The position numbers were made by a program, and so were the translations under genes. A model generated the notes under the pieces. It saw only the letters and a list, made by a program, of their open reading frames with translations, was not told the origin of the DNA and did no database searches. This document shows positions 11,433 through 23,305 of a stretch of 64,000 nt of DNA, piece by piece. The stretch's first letter is position 1, and the number at the start of each line of letters is the position of its first letter. The stretch comes from Glaucostegus cemiculus (lineage: Eukaryota): positions 9,424,001-9,488,000 of the forward strand of contig CDPCPM010000281.1 of assembly GCA_976551045.1 (NCBI GenBank), written 5' to 3'.

Positions 11433-12270
11433 ATGGGGGCCACAGAGCAAGGGGCAAACAAGGGCCCAACACCTGATCAACCCAGGTTGTAGAGGAAGTC
11501 ATGCTGCTATCAGGATTGTCCAGGGTGGTCCTCACTCATGACTCTGATCCCTGAAAAAATCCAACAATGAACTAATCTGTCTGCACGGCCCTCTCAGTTG
11601 AAGTTGATGTCACCATCACTCTCAACTTCTCAGGGTCTGGATCACTCCAGCTGTTGATGTTTGACCCAGATCACAGTCTGTTCCTCACCGCTGCTTTGGA
11701 GAAGAGATTGATCCTTTCTGCTCCACAAGGCTAGACGTTAATGACCTCTCTTTCAGTCCACAGGAGCAGGCAGACTGGCAGAGGTATTTGTTACCGTTGC
11801 TATCCCCAAAGTGCAGTCATTGGACTGTGCCCATTTTCTTGCAGAGACCTCACTGGCAACTTTCTGCCAGAGGCACCAAGCTCTGGAGGTTCCATGGTCC
11901 GCTTGAACTGAGGGCATTCCTTCTGGAGTGATATGACCCACTAGCCTTCAAGGTCCTCCGAAGTAGAAATCTGCTTAGGTGCCTGTGGCTGTGAGAAATT
12001 TGATGCAAGTTTTTCGGTACTACTGAAGGTTTCTGAAACAACAGCCGTGTACCCTCTGCTCAATAAACCTGGGAGCATGCTTCTGACCTCAGGAGTCATT
12101 AGAGCAGCCATGTTGAAATATTCAACACTCTCCAGTGGCTGGAAGAGTGCTGGTGGCATTGTGCCTTCAACGGTTGGCTGGTGAGCTCTCAGCAGCATGG
12201 CTTGGTGCTGGTAGATTTGAGAAATTTGAGTAATGCCCACTGTTTCTGAAACAACAGCCCTTCTCAGTAA
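11433..12270 (+). pseudogene. PIF/Harbinger transposase relic (HARBI1-like), with stops and frameshifts
   Basis: Ordered motifs across frames: MGA...PRL*RKSCCY (11433), TALSVEVDVTITLNFSGSGSLQ (11585-11650), SQSVPHRC (11671), IPKVQSLDCAH (11802-11834, first catalytic Asp); weaker PGS and NGWLV downstream. Confidence 0.65.
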
Positions 12271-12274
12271 ACCT

Positions 12275-12600
12275 GAGCGTCTACCCTCCCAACTGGGGCC
12301 CAACAGGACCTAACTATTCACTGGGTTAGGCAGTGCACATGAAGAGTGGGATTACATGAGAGAACCCAATCATTAGGAAGTATAATATTAAAACCCGACC
12401 TGAACTCAAGATTTTATAACTTTTTCCATAACCAACCCAACACATTCAATCCAAAAAGTTAAGCAATCTCAAGCATGCTCTTCACATTCACTGAAGCTGC
12501 ACTAAGATTAACCATGTACAGAGCCAAACTGGCACAGCACTGTCCAACCCAATCCACATGTTGCTGGGTCCCATTCAGCTCCAGTGGGGAAGTCAGACTC
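12275..12600. mobile_element. Non-autonomous hAT-like MITE
   Basis: About 60-bp imperfect TIRs at 12275-12336 and 12537-12600 (tgggttaggcagtgc vs gcactgtccaaccca, 13/15); internal acccgacc-like subterminal motifs. Confidence 0.5.
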
Positions 12601-14871
12601 CATCAACAATAATCTTGTTCTAAAATGGCACTGTCAAATTTTCAGAGGTTTTCGAAGCAGCAACAGGGAGAAGGGGACAATGCACAAACATATCAACGCT
12701 GAAAAAAAGGCTCACATATCTTCCCAGGTCTAAATTCCCATATATGGTTGGCAGTTTTGTGTTGCATCTGATCAATTTTACCTGACTTCAATTAATTTCA
12801 AGTAAGCTCCAACCATTTAATTCAGTACGCTATAAAGGGTGCCCATCCAACTTACACTCTCTGTTTTCTAAAGTGTTGTTTGCAGAGGTTTATCACCTCC
12901 TCAGAAGATGCAGTCCACAGTATATTTAGATCCCTGATTTATATCAGTGTGTTTTGACTACAAAAGCTTTTTCCCTATAAATATTTTCTTGCATTTTGTG
13001 AAAAGGAAGATTCTGTTGCATTAGTTATCATTTTTTTCTAAATTTGCCATATCTTGTCAATACTAGACATACGTGCTTAAAAGCATATTGAATTTTAAAA
13101 GCAGGGATTGTAAGTTAACAGTGACAATTATCTTCAGAAAATATGCCACAAATAATTTCATTTATCCTTCAGCATTATGCAATATCAGTACATGGCTCTA
13201 CCCCTAAATTAGCACCATAAGTGTCCACACATTGACTTCAAAAAACAGTATTGCCCGTTAATGCCCATGTAAAATGTGAACATCTTTGACGACGTTTTTC
13301 CTCAATTAAATGTTTTTCAATTGCAGCATTTAATTTTCAAAGTTATTCACACTGATTTGTTTAATGGCATTTCAGTGATGAGAGTCTTTTTTGTAGAATT
13401 TGGAAAAAAAACATCTGAGCTATTTAAGAAAGTTAACTGACATCACAATATGAAGTACTTTATCCGTGAAATAAATAACAAAGGTACTTCAATGTGTTAA
13501 AATCACCCATCAGTATCATTGTTTTAATTCTTAAATATGGCTGTTGAAATTCTTCTGCATTGTCAGATGTTATTTCTCCTTTCCCAGGATCTCATGAATG
13601 TAAAGTGTGCTCTGGAAGAAGGATCCTGTTTATTGGTTCATCTGAATGCTGATGATGGCTTGCCCAGTGAGCTTGACAGAGCCAAAGCCTGTGATTTTAT
13701 TTATGGTACTGTCAGTGACACACGCTTGTGGTTGTGCAAGAATTCAAAGCCCAAATTACTCGCCAGTGACAAATGGCTACTGCTTTCTACTCCATTTCAC
13801 AAGGCAGAGCATGGCTGCACCCTTGGATGGATGTGACCTTTCTGATGATGCCTTTGCAGCTCCCTGGAGGCCTTCAGGAGCTGTAATGGACTCGGCGTTA
13901 ATTGCTAGATGAAGGACAGCAGCAGTTCCTTGCAGGCTGATTCCCGATCCCCTGCGAGTACAGCTGTCCAGTTCTGTGAAAAGATTGTTCTGACACACAA
14001 ACATTTTAGCTCCAGAGTTCAATCAATGCGCCTCACTCTGCGTACACACAAGCACAGTGCTGGCTTTAGTGGTTTCCAATCTGTCTGCTGAGCAGTGAAA
14101 GTAGTTGCCAATTGTTAAGCCCAAAGAGACCATAATCCTCCGTTCCTGCGGTATACAAGTGCAAATAGAAGATATTCAGCATATTGCAGTGGAACTGGCC
14201 GATTCAGAGTTATTTGTAAGGATCAGTATTGTCTTTGATGACTCAATAATTATATTGGCGCAAGATGAATTCTGATGAATTCTTGCACTGCTGATTTTTC
14301 ACCTTTATTTTGCATTTTTACTTCACCCTTGTTTTAGGTCCAGTTTCTCTTTTAATGACCCCTGACTGCAAAATCTCTTGTCTCCATTGATAATGTGCAG
14401 ATGTTCATGTTGTAACACTAATCCACGTCTACACTTAGCTCCACTCCACGATTAGCTACAACAATAATTGGTTCAGGCCAAGAAAACTAAATGATCTTAG
14501 ATTTCCCATCTGAAAGTATGGAACACCTTCCTCCCCTTTGGTCCCCAGACTAATGTCACATCAGTTTGAATGACAGGTGTCTCTGAGTTTTAAACTTGAA
14601 TCATTCTCATTTGGAAGATAAATTCTCAAGTCATAATAACAGCAGAGGGCCCAATGCTGTTAAACTATTACTTTGATGGAATATAATGAATGAACCTCTG
14701 AACTGAGCATTTTTCAGTTTCAGCTGAACTTGATAAATCCTTCTTTGAAAATAAGACAGCATTCTAAAAAAATCATAGAATCATCTGTGCAGAAAGAGGT
14801 AATTCTGCCATTTAATCCATGCCAGCTCCCTGAAGAACAATCCAATCAACCCCATTTCCACCATTCTTTCC

Positions 14872-15085
14872 TGAAAATGCTGCAGATAGTCAGCAGGTCA
14901 GACAGCATCTGTGGAGATAGAAACAGTCAACCTCAGAGGTCACAGACTATTCAGAACTTAACTCAACTCACAGTCAGCTGAAAGGACATTGAACTGAGGC
15001 ATTAACTCTGTCTTTCTCTTCACAGGTGCTGACCAATCTGCAGGGTATCCCCAGCATTCTCTTTTTTCACATTTCACATTTGCAG
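14872..15085. mobile_element. Penelope-derived inverted-repeat element nested in CR1
   Basis: gaaaatgctg...cagcaggtcagacagcatctgtggaga and inverted tctcttcacaggtgctg...cagcattct. Confidence 0.7.
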
Positions 15086-15162
15086 TTTTTGATTTTAATC
15101 CTTTTTGAAACCCCTCGTAGACACTGTTTCTACTCACCTTACGGTAGTGACCATCAGATCAT

Positions 15163-15272
15163 AACCTGGATATGGAACCCAGTTTGGGCAAATGGGAATA
15201 GTGTAGATTGGCATAAAGGTTAGCATGGGGGTGGCAGACAGAAGGGCCTCTGGCTGTGCTACACAACTCTGA
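15163..15272 (+). mobile_element. Short CR1 3' tail in opposite orientation
   Basis: ggcaaatggga...gaagggcct...gtgctacacaactctgac. Confidence 0.5.
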
Positions 15273-16499
15273 CCAGAACCACTTTCTCACTGTACAAAGA
15301 AGTTTCTCTTCCCATTCCCCCCACATATCATGTACCTACTATTTGAATCTCTGTCACCTTATCCTTGAACCACTGGATAATGAGAACAGCTTTCATCTAA
15401 ACTATCTTAACGAGTTATGATCTTGAATAACTCTATCAAATCAACTGTCAACCTTCTTTGCTGCAAGGAAAACAACCCCATCTTTTCCACTCTAACTTTT
15501 GAGCTAAAATTCCTTGGTCCAAGGAGGAACTCCAGTAAGTGTCTTTATGTCCACTGTAGACCTTCACATCCTGTTTAAAATTCCGTGAAAAAAATTAGAA
15601 GCAATGCTCCAGCTGAGGCCTAACCAGTGTTTTATTCAAATTCAAAATGACCTCCCTGCCTTTTGTACTAATGCCTCTGTTTACGAAGCCCAGATTCCAA
15701 TGCCTACCAAATTTAGTGGCCAGTCTTGAGCCAGGTTCAGGGATTGGAATGGCTTTGATCAGGCATGAGCTATGACTGAAAGACTGAGGGGAAGACATGG
15801 TGTCTTGTGCCGTGGTGCATGGTGTGGTGGGAGGGAGATGTAAGGATTTGAGTAAAGCTGCGTTTGGGGAAAAGGGAAAGTGGAGAACCATCAGAGGTTT
15901 GTACCTTAAGTTGGAAGTTGGGGTGGGAGTGATTCCATTGAGGATGGAATATGCAGAGTGGATATTGAGGCCTTCATCGGGAGCTTTGTGAGATTACAGG
16001 GTCGGGAGACTGGCGAAGGAGAGGGTCAGGAGACTGGGGAATGAGAAGGTGAGTGTGGCCTGTTGGGTGCTGGCCTCAGAGATCAGGTCCTTGGCCTTGA
16101 CAGAGTGCAGACTTGGGATGAGGTTAAGGTTCAAGGGGTTGGAGCCTGGCTGCCACAGTTTTGAGACTGGGTGGGGTGGGTTGTTGCTGAAGTGGTGGGA
16201 GAAGGCCCATAAGATAAATAAGGTCCTCACTGATGGTTGTCCTGTCCAACACAGCACTGGGAAGACCAGGTAGTCCTAAAAGTGACCACTTGTATTTCCA
16301 TAGTGACATCAAAGGTTATCATTTTATTCTTGGTGGGGTGGGGGGAAACAAAATCAATCTTCAGTCATATATGCTCAAACAAAGTGTGTTATACAATTAC
16401 ATTCATAGGGTCATATGCTTTGTGAATTGTTTTCTTGTCGTGTCCTGCCATGTGTATGTTTGGGTTCCACGCTTTAGTTTCTTTTCTCCCCCCCCCTTG

Positions 16500-17910
16500 T
16501 TCTTTATGCTAAACTGTATAACTTCACACTTCTCCATGTTACATTTGTTCTGCCTCTCAGCTGCCCTTTCTGCCAACCTGTCTCTTCTCTCACAGTCTAT
16601 TCTCATCCCCCTTACTGGTTACCACACCACGTTTTGTATTGCTTGCAGATTTTTGAAAGTCCACCCTGCACACCCACATCAAAGTCATGAATACAGCAGC
16701 AGTCTGAGTACTGACCCATGGGATAACAGGAGATCACTTCTGCCTACCACCTTCCAGTCTATGGAAAATAATTGTTTATCATGACTTTTTGCTCTATTTT
16801 GTTGAGTCTGTTTCTTACTTGTGCTGCCAATGACCACTTTGTTCCACAGACCATGATTTTACTAATCAGCCTTTTAAATGGGACTTAATGAAAGTCCTTC
16901 TAAAAATCCATAGACAACAGCTACTACATTCCCTTTATTAGTTTCCTCTGTTACCCCATCAAAGAAATCAGTTTAGCGAAGCATTATCTGATTTTAACAA
17001 GTCAATGATGAGTCTCTTTCATTAACTTCAGCCTCCAATTGCCACTTAATTTCTTCCCCTGATTTTTGCTCCCATAGCATCCACACCACCAACATTAAGC
17101 TAATGAGCATGTAGGTGCCCAGCATATCTTTGTACCCTTTTTCAAATAGGGATGTTGTATCACCATTCCCCAGTCCTCCGGCCTTCTAACTAAAATGGAT
17201 TAAGGAGGATTAGATGACGATGACATCCCCTTCTGCAACTTCCATTGTCATTTCCCTCAGCAGTCTGGGATGCATTCCACTCTAACCAAGGCCAGTTCTT
17301 TCTTGTACCATCTCCTTATTACTTTTTACCACATCCATAAGCTCATTCTACTAAGACTTTGGTAATGTAGCTCTGCCATCTTAGTCCCTCATTGGCTCTG
17401 GCCTTGCTCTTACTTCCTGTTGACCATGTAGATGCCTATTAAAGAATTTTGCTTTCCCTTTTACGTCAACTGGCATGCTCTTTACATATTCCTCTTTGCA
17501 CGTCTTGTTTTCCATTTCGTCTCTCCTTTCAGCTAACTGTTCTCAGTGTGTCAGGGGAATAATTCATCCTGGTTTTCAGCTGAATTATTCCCCTGAAAAA
17601 CACTTTCCTTTTGTTTTGTTTTTGTTTTGTGTGTTTCCTTTCTCCTTTGTAATCAGAAGAGGAAACCTTGACTTTGGTTTCATTACTTTTTCACCTGTGG
17701 GAATGTACCTTGGGGGAATCTCCTCTTTGAAGGTCTCGTACTATTCCATTACAATTTTATCTGCCAGTTTTTGGTTCCACTTTCTCTGACTAGATTCTAC
17801 TCATCCCATTGAAGTTGGCCCTTTTCCATCTAAGATTGTTCCTTGCCCCTCTCCACTATTGTCCTAAGCTTTATGATCAATAAGCACTGTTTCCAAATAT
17901 CCATCCACTT
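16500..17910 (-). mobile_element. CR1 ORF2 relic
   Basis: Minus ORF DRLAERAAERQNKCNMEKCEVIQF resembles the CR1 RT DRL.EWA..WQM.FN.EKCEVMHF motif; further degraded RT blocks to about 17.9 kb. Confidence 0.75.
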
Positions 17911-19354
17911 GTCTGCATGTAATGTTGGGAATTGTGGAATTTATCTTTGATCCAACAACTTCATTGGCTGAATACTGCTCTGGATGTTATTGAAGGCACC
18001 ATCTAAATACAAGTCATTTTTTTCTTTCTTGTTTTCATCAGTCTTGCTGCTATTGAAATTTATCTGGAACAAATATCTTGTATCTACCAGATAAAGAATT
18101 GGATGGGACTTGGGCAAATCTTCTGGAAAGGCACTTGGCCTCAGTAGATCTTGGAAAGCTTCTGAAGATATGCTTAAGAATTCAGAATGTACTGTGTAGT
18201 AAAGGAATGCAATTACAAAGATCAAAGTTCACATTCTGGCAAGACAGCCAACAACACTGCTGAAATTCAAGAGAAAAATCAGATCTTTTCAGAAAACAGA
18301 AGCCGTGATTGAAGTCACTTCTAGCAGTAATTGTTTTGGATGTTACTATCAGAACCTCCATCATCAAGCAGCATCAGTAGGACTCAAGAGCATCCTTGGG
18401 GTTTTACCTCGGGAGCTGCTGCACATAAACTTGTGGAACCATCACACAACTGGACTGATGCCAGATCAAGAAAAATCCTGGCAGCAAAATAACTGGCTCA
18501 AATATTGGTCTTGGTTTTAACTTGAGGTGAGCTCTGTGCTGGGGTTGCTGATGTGGAGTCACAAACTAGAAAGAAATGCGGGTTCCAAGTTGGACTGGAT
18601 TATGTAGTTTGATGTTATGGTAAATTCAAAGAGAAATTAATTCAGACAGGCACTGTATTCTGGACATATGATCATTCTGATTCCGATTGTGAGCTATGAA
18701 TTATTAGCTCAACTTGGATATTTCCAATTAAGTGAAATCACTAACTTGAAGTCAGGCTAAATGAATCAGTTGGGAGGCTAGCTGCTCACCAGATGGGGGA
18801 TAAAAAACTTGCAGTGATGGAGCATCCCATCTCTGGGGGAAATGAATGAAAACACGGCAATAACAGATGCTATGGAAACCACTTAGATTCCCTCTAATAA
18901 GCAGTAGAAAGGTTACAAAAAATCACTTGGCTATAATCCAGTGGGATTCAGGTCGTCCTGTCAACCAAAGTCAGTTTTGTAGCTTTCACATGGTTCTTTT
19001 TAAATTCATAAGTGTCTTCAACGAGAAGAACTGACGTGTGGGGTTTTAACTGAACTGCACCATTTTTTAGACCAACTGTGAAATAAAAAAAATGTACCAG
19101 CAGGCTACTAAGATTGATAACCCAGCTAATATATGTTTGTATCTTTCTTATTCCCTGGTGTCTGCACAAGATCAGGAGATAGGTTTGGATGAATAGGATC
19201 CTTGGGCTCATTTTATCTCACTCTTTGCATCACCAAGTATTACTATAACACCTGGATGTTTAAAGGAGTCTCACCAGCTGAAACTGCTTTGGATTTCCTC
19301 TCTTTATCCTGATAAGTACTTTATTGTTGCTAATTCAAGTAGATGTGTACAGCA

Positions 19355-19575
19355 TTTTCTCATCCCAAAGATCTGGATGTTGGCAGGTCAATTTGCCACT
19401 GTAAATTGCCTCTAGCATGTAGGTGAGTGGTAGAATCCTGGGGAAGTTGATGAAAATGTTGAGAAAATGAAAAAAGGAATTAATGTAGGATTGATGTAAA
19501 TGGGTGATTGATGGTTGGCATGGACTTGCTGGGCCGAATGACCTGTTTCCCTACTCTTTCACTCTGTGACTCTAA
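19355..19575 (+). mobile_element. V-SINE 3' half
   Basis: catcccaaagat...gccactgtaaattgcc...gggccgaatgacctgtttcc...ctctgtgactcta. Confidence 0.65.
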
Positions 19576-20149
19576 TTTTCCTGTAGTTCATCCATGCAGC
19601 ACTAAGATCAAGCTTAGTTATTTCCTCTAGCGTGTAGTACTTTATAACTGGCTGTTGAACTTCTGATTGATCTAGTATCAAATTCTGTGGGATATTTGTA
19701 AGAGGTAACTGCCTTTTCAAAAACATTGCATTCTCAAATTTTGTGCTAACCTGTGAAATACAATGAGCTTGCACTAAAACTGCACTTCAGGTCATTTGTT
19801 GAAAAAAATACTGCTCACCAAACCATTGTGTGCTATTGCAGCAAAATTCAGGACCTGCCTGAGGCCCCGGACTTTCCTGCAGAACATGTGAAGGAATAGG
19901 CTGTGTCTGGGGGGAATTGGAGTTGGATGAGAGAGGGATGTTTGGAAATTATGAGAGGGTCAACCATCAGGAATTGGGAGGGGTGCAGATGAAGCCTGGC
20001 AACCAAATCAGGAGATGGTGTGATTGTTTGGGGGATGAGTTGGTATCCTAGGAGTGGGGTGACACTACGTAAGAATCTAGTCAAGACCAACACATTGAAA
20101 ACACAGTGACCAGTAACAGTCACTTCTTGAATCAAAGCTTACTTTTTGT

Positions 20150-21364
20150 TTTAAAGGATCGTTGCTGTGTAATAAAATGCACATGGCCTTCAGAATGGAG
20201 GTCATGATCCTCTGTGAGAGCATGGAGATGGAATTCTTCATGACCTCCCATATTTGCAAGGCAGGCCTGAGAATACACTCATAATCTCATGGTGCATTTA
20301 TCTTGACATCCCATTGGTGGTCCTCATCTGGGTCTTCTGGGGAACTGTGGATGCATGGGTTCATCCTGTGGTAAGACCCCCCCAGATTCCCTACTGCAGC
20401 CTAGTGGTGCCTTATGTTTCTCCCCATGACATGTGTCCATCTAACTTGTTCTGCTCATCCCTTCTGGTGACAGACTCTGAAGTGGTACTATGGACTGTCA
20501 GCTGCAATGATGCACTTTGATCATCATTCACTGTGTTCCAGTGAGGGGGATGGGGGCCTTTCCAGAAACCCTGCAAAGATAAAACAGTTGATGGCTTTAT
20601 CCAAAACACCTTTAAGGTGACACTGCAGAACAAATGGAACGAGGATGTCTGCTGTAGATCAAATCAGAGGCGATGTGGGAATCACAATAAAATGGTGTTT
20701 GAACTTACCTGGCAGATTCTAGGGAATCTTCTCCACAAGCTGACTGAAGCACAGGACTTGCAAGGGCTCTTTCCTGTTCCTTATTGTTTTAATCTAAATG
20801 GAGACGATAAAATCCATTGAGCAGCCTTTTCATTGACCTATCTTTGGAGCATTAATCTTTACAATGGAAGTGGAGAGATAGGCATTCAATGGCAGGACTA
20901 GGATGGAGGGTGGTATGTGCTGGGGTTTGGATGGAGTGACTGCATTGGAGTGTCCAGCTACATGCTACAGTTGGTGTCCTTGGCAGGTCTTCTAGCCTCC
21001 TGGCATATACAGGAGCTTCATCATTCACCCTGAAACTGAGAGCTCTCTGCCTATCCCTGGCAGCCTCTGCTTCCTCCATGACAGCGTCGATGCCTGTGGT
21101 GCCCTGGACAGTCTGTCTTCAAAGACCGACACATCTTCTCTGCATGCTGCACAGAAAAGTGGCAGCAGCTGTGCTGAATCCAATGTAATCCCATCAGAGG
21201 CCACACATCTCAATTTAGCACATCCTTCTGGATGTAAGCCACCCTTTCTCTGTTTCAAACATCTTTTTGACCAATTTTGTGATTTTTCTCTTGAGAGGAA
21301 CCCATTTGGCATCACAGCTATGCAGAACTATGTCTTAACACACCAAATGTAGGGGAAGTCCACC
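20150..21364 (-). pseudogene. Harbinger Myb/SANT-like second-gene relic with intron structure and TIR-like end
   Basis: ATG 21079 MEEAEAARDRQRALSF; acceptor ccatttag then exon 20793-20709 IKTIRNRKEPLQVL; donor gtaagt at 20708; acceptor atctttgcag at 20571; downstream SASLQLTVHSTTSES...GET and MHHEIMSVFSGLP; end ggggaagtccacc at 21364. Confidence 0.5.
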
Positions 21365-22867
21365 TTTAAGTATAAGCTTCCCTGATTTTGGACTGAGTCT
21401 GTTCATTATAAATAATCTTCCTGAACTTGAGAATGGATGTTTTGCAATTTGTTGTCATTTCTCATTAAGTATCCTGGAATATGGTTTATCAATTGCATGG
21501 GATTTACAGTTTACAGCACTTCAGCATAGTTACAGGTTATGCTTCATTAATGACCATGTGCTGGGCATTCTCCCTAGTATGGTCTTATATTGTACACTCT
21601 TGTTGTCTTCTCCAGTTAAAAATAAGGTCTCCAAGAACTAGAGACAGTTTTAGCTACTTTTAGCAAAAGAAAATGAAGTGGATTGGTTTAATTAAATTTG
21701 CATTGATAATTTTTCTCAAGGTTATCAAATTTGGAGAATGTCATTTAACAAATGCGTTGAGGTTTTACACCTTCTGGGATTTTTCATTCATTATAGTTGG
21801 AATTTTCAGTAGGCAAGAAATTTAAGAAATATTTGGCAATATTTCATTGAAATATAGTGGGTATAGGAGACCCTTTCTCAGTATGAGGATCCAGATAACA
21901 GGAAAGACTTCCAGTGTTGCCATAACAACCATTACAATTGTCGTCCTTTTGATGACAATATGTACTTGCAAAGACACAGCAACTGAGCAGTTATTCATTA
22001 AGTAGAGACTGTGCAATGCACGAGCAAATGCTGAAACACCCTCTAAAAAGTACTTATTTCATTAGTTGTAATTATATTAGCTTAATTTTAGTCTGCTCTG
22101 CATCACTTGGGGAAAGCTTTCTGCTACGAATCCACAAAGCAATATCACCTCATTTAAGGGAATTAAAGTTAGGTGAAGTAATTGAATTCATTTAGTCGAA
22201 TGAGTACAACAAATTATTTGTAATTAAATATAGATAATTCTTTTGAAATGGGTTTTTATGGTGCAATATTCTTTATATTTTAGAGAGGATGGTTTTAAAT
22301 CAAAACTAATTCAAGACTGTCTTAACATATCAAGTTAGGTAGGTCTCCGCAGAAACTGCTTTGCTGGTATTATTATTTCCTTCCTTTGGGAATGAACTAA
22401 TAGGAATTGCATTTTGTGAAAATAAAAACTAACATTATAGGTGGATGTTTCAAGGAACATTTTTCATAAGGGAGCCATTAATTGTATGTGTGGTAAGGGA
22501 TATTGGGTAACAACTATAGGCCTTTCAAAAGAATTGTATTTCCTATCAATATTAAAAGTAATTCCAGAACAAGTAACTGTGCTGCTATTGATTCTGGACC
22601 ATATTACATTCACCATTTATGCAGGAACCCATTATAAAAGCATTAAACAACTCTAGACAACTCTACATAACACACTGGACACAAGGTTTTTACATTGTCA
22701 ATTTTTAATAAGTTTCATGCCTCAGTAAATTATCTAAAGCCACAAATAAAGGATACAGACAGGCCATGTTTAATTTGGTTGTATTGCTATCTATTAGATT
22801 CCCAGCATACTGAGACCCAGCTTATCTATCACCTAGTGTCAGTGATGCATGCAATGGCACAACACCT

Positions 22868-23305
22868 CCGTTTGTATCTGCCTGATTTTAAAGTCATGAC
22901 CTCAGGATAACTCAAAATGCTTTCTTACCAGTGAAGTACTTTGAAATGTGGTCACTATTTTGATGTAGAAAATGCAGCAGCTAATTTGTGCTTTGCTAGA
23001 TCCAAAAACAGCAATGGCATCTTGTCTGATCACCAGTATCGACTGAGGGATATATAGTGAACAGTACACCATGAGAAAGAACAAATCTCCCACTCCCTTG
23101 AAAATACTTTCGAAGGATCTTTTACCTTCATCCAAGAGGGCTATAGGTTCATCAGTTTAGCTAACCATTCCAAAGGATTGCAACTGACAATGCAGCACTG
23201 CTTCACTACTTCACTGGAGCACCAACCTGGATGTTCTGTTCCAGTGTCTGGAACTAGAATTGAAGCAGCTTTTTGGCCCAGAGGTGAGCATCAGCAGCTG
23301 GAACC
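22868..23305 (-). mobile_element. DeuSINE, near full length
   Basis: gaagtactttgaaatgtggtcact...ggatcttttac...tgacaatgcagcact, the reverse of the Deu domain and head. Confidence 0.7.

Larger units (their letters stand above)
14770..15710 (-). mobile_element. CR1 3' fragment with nested insertions
   Basis: Starts atcatagaatc; minus ORF ends LGFVNRGISTKGREVILNLNKTLVRPQLEHC, typical of CR1 ORF2. Confidence 0.7.

Noticed and set aside
16233-16784. 183-aa plus-strand ORF
   Set aside because: It spans a repeat junction and reads antisense through a CR1 relic; no domain resemblance.
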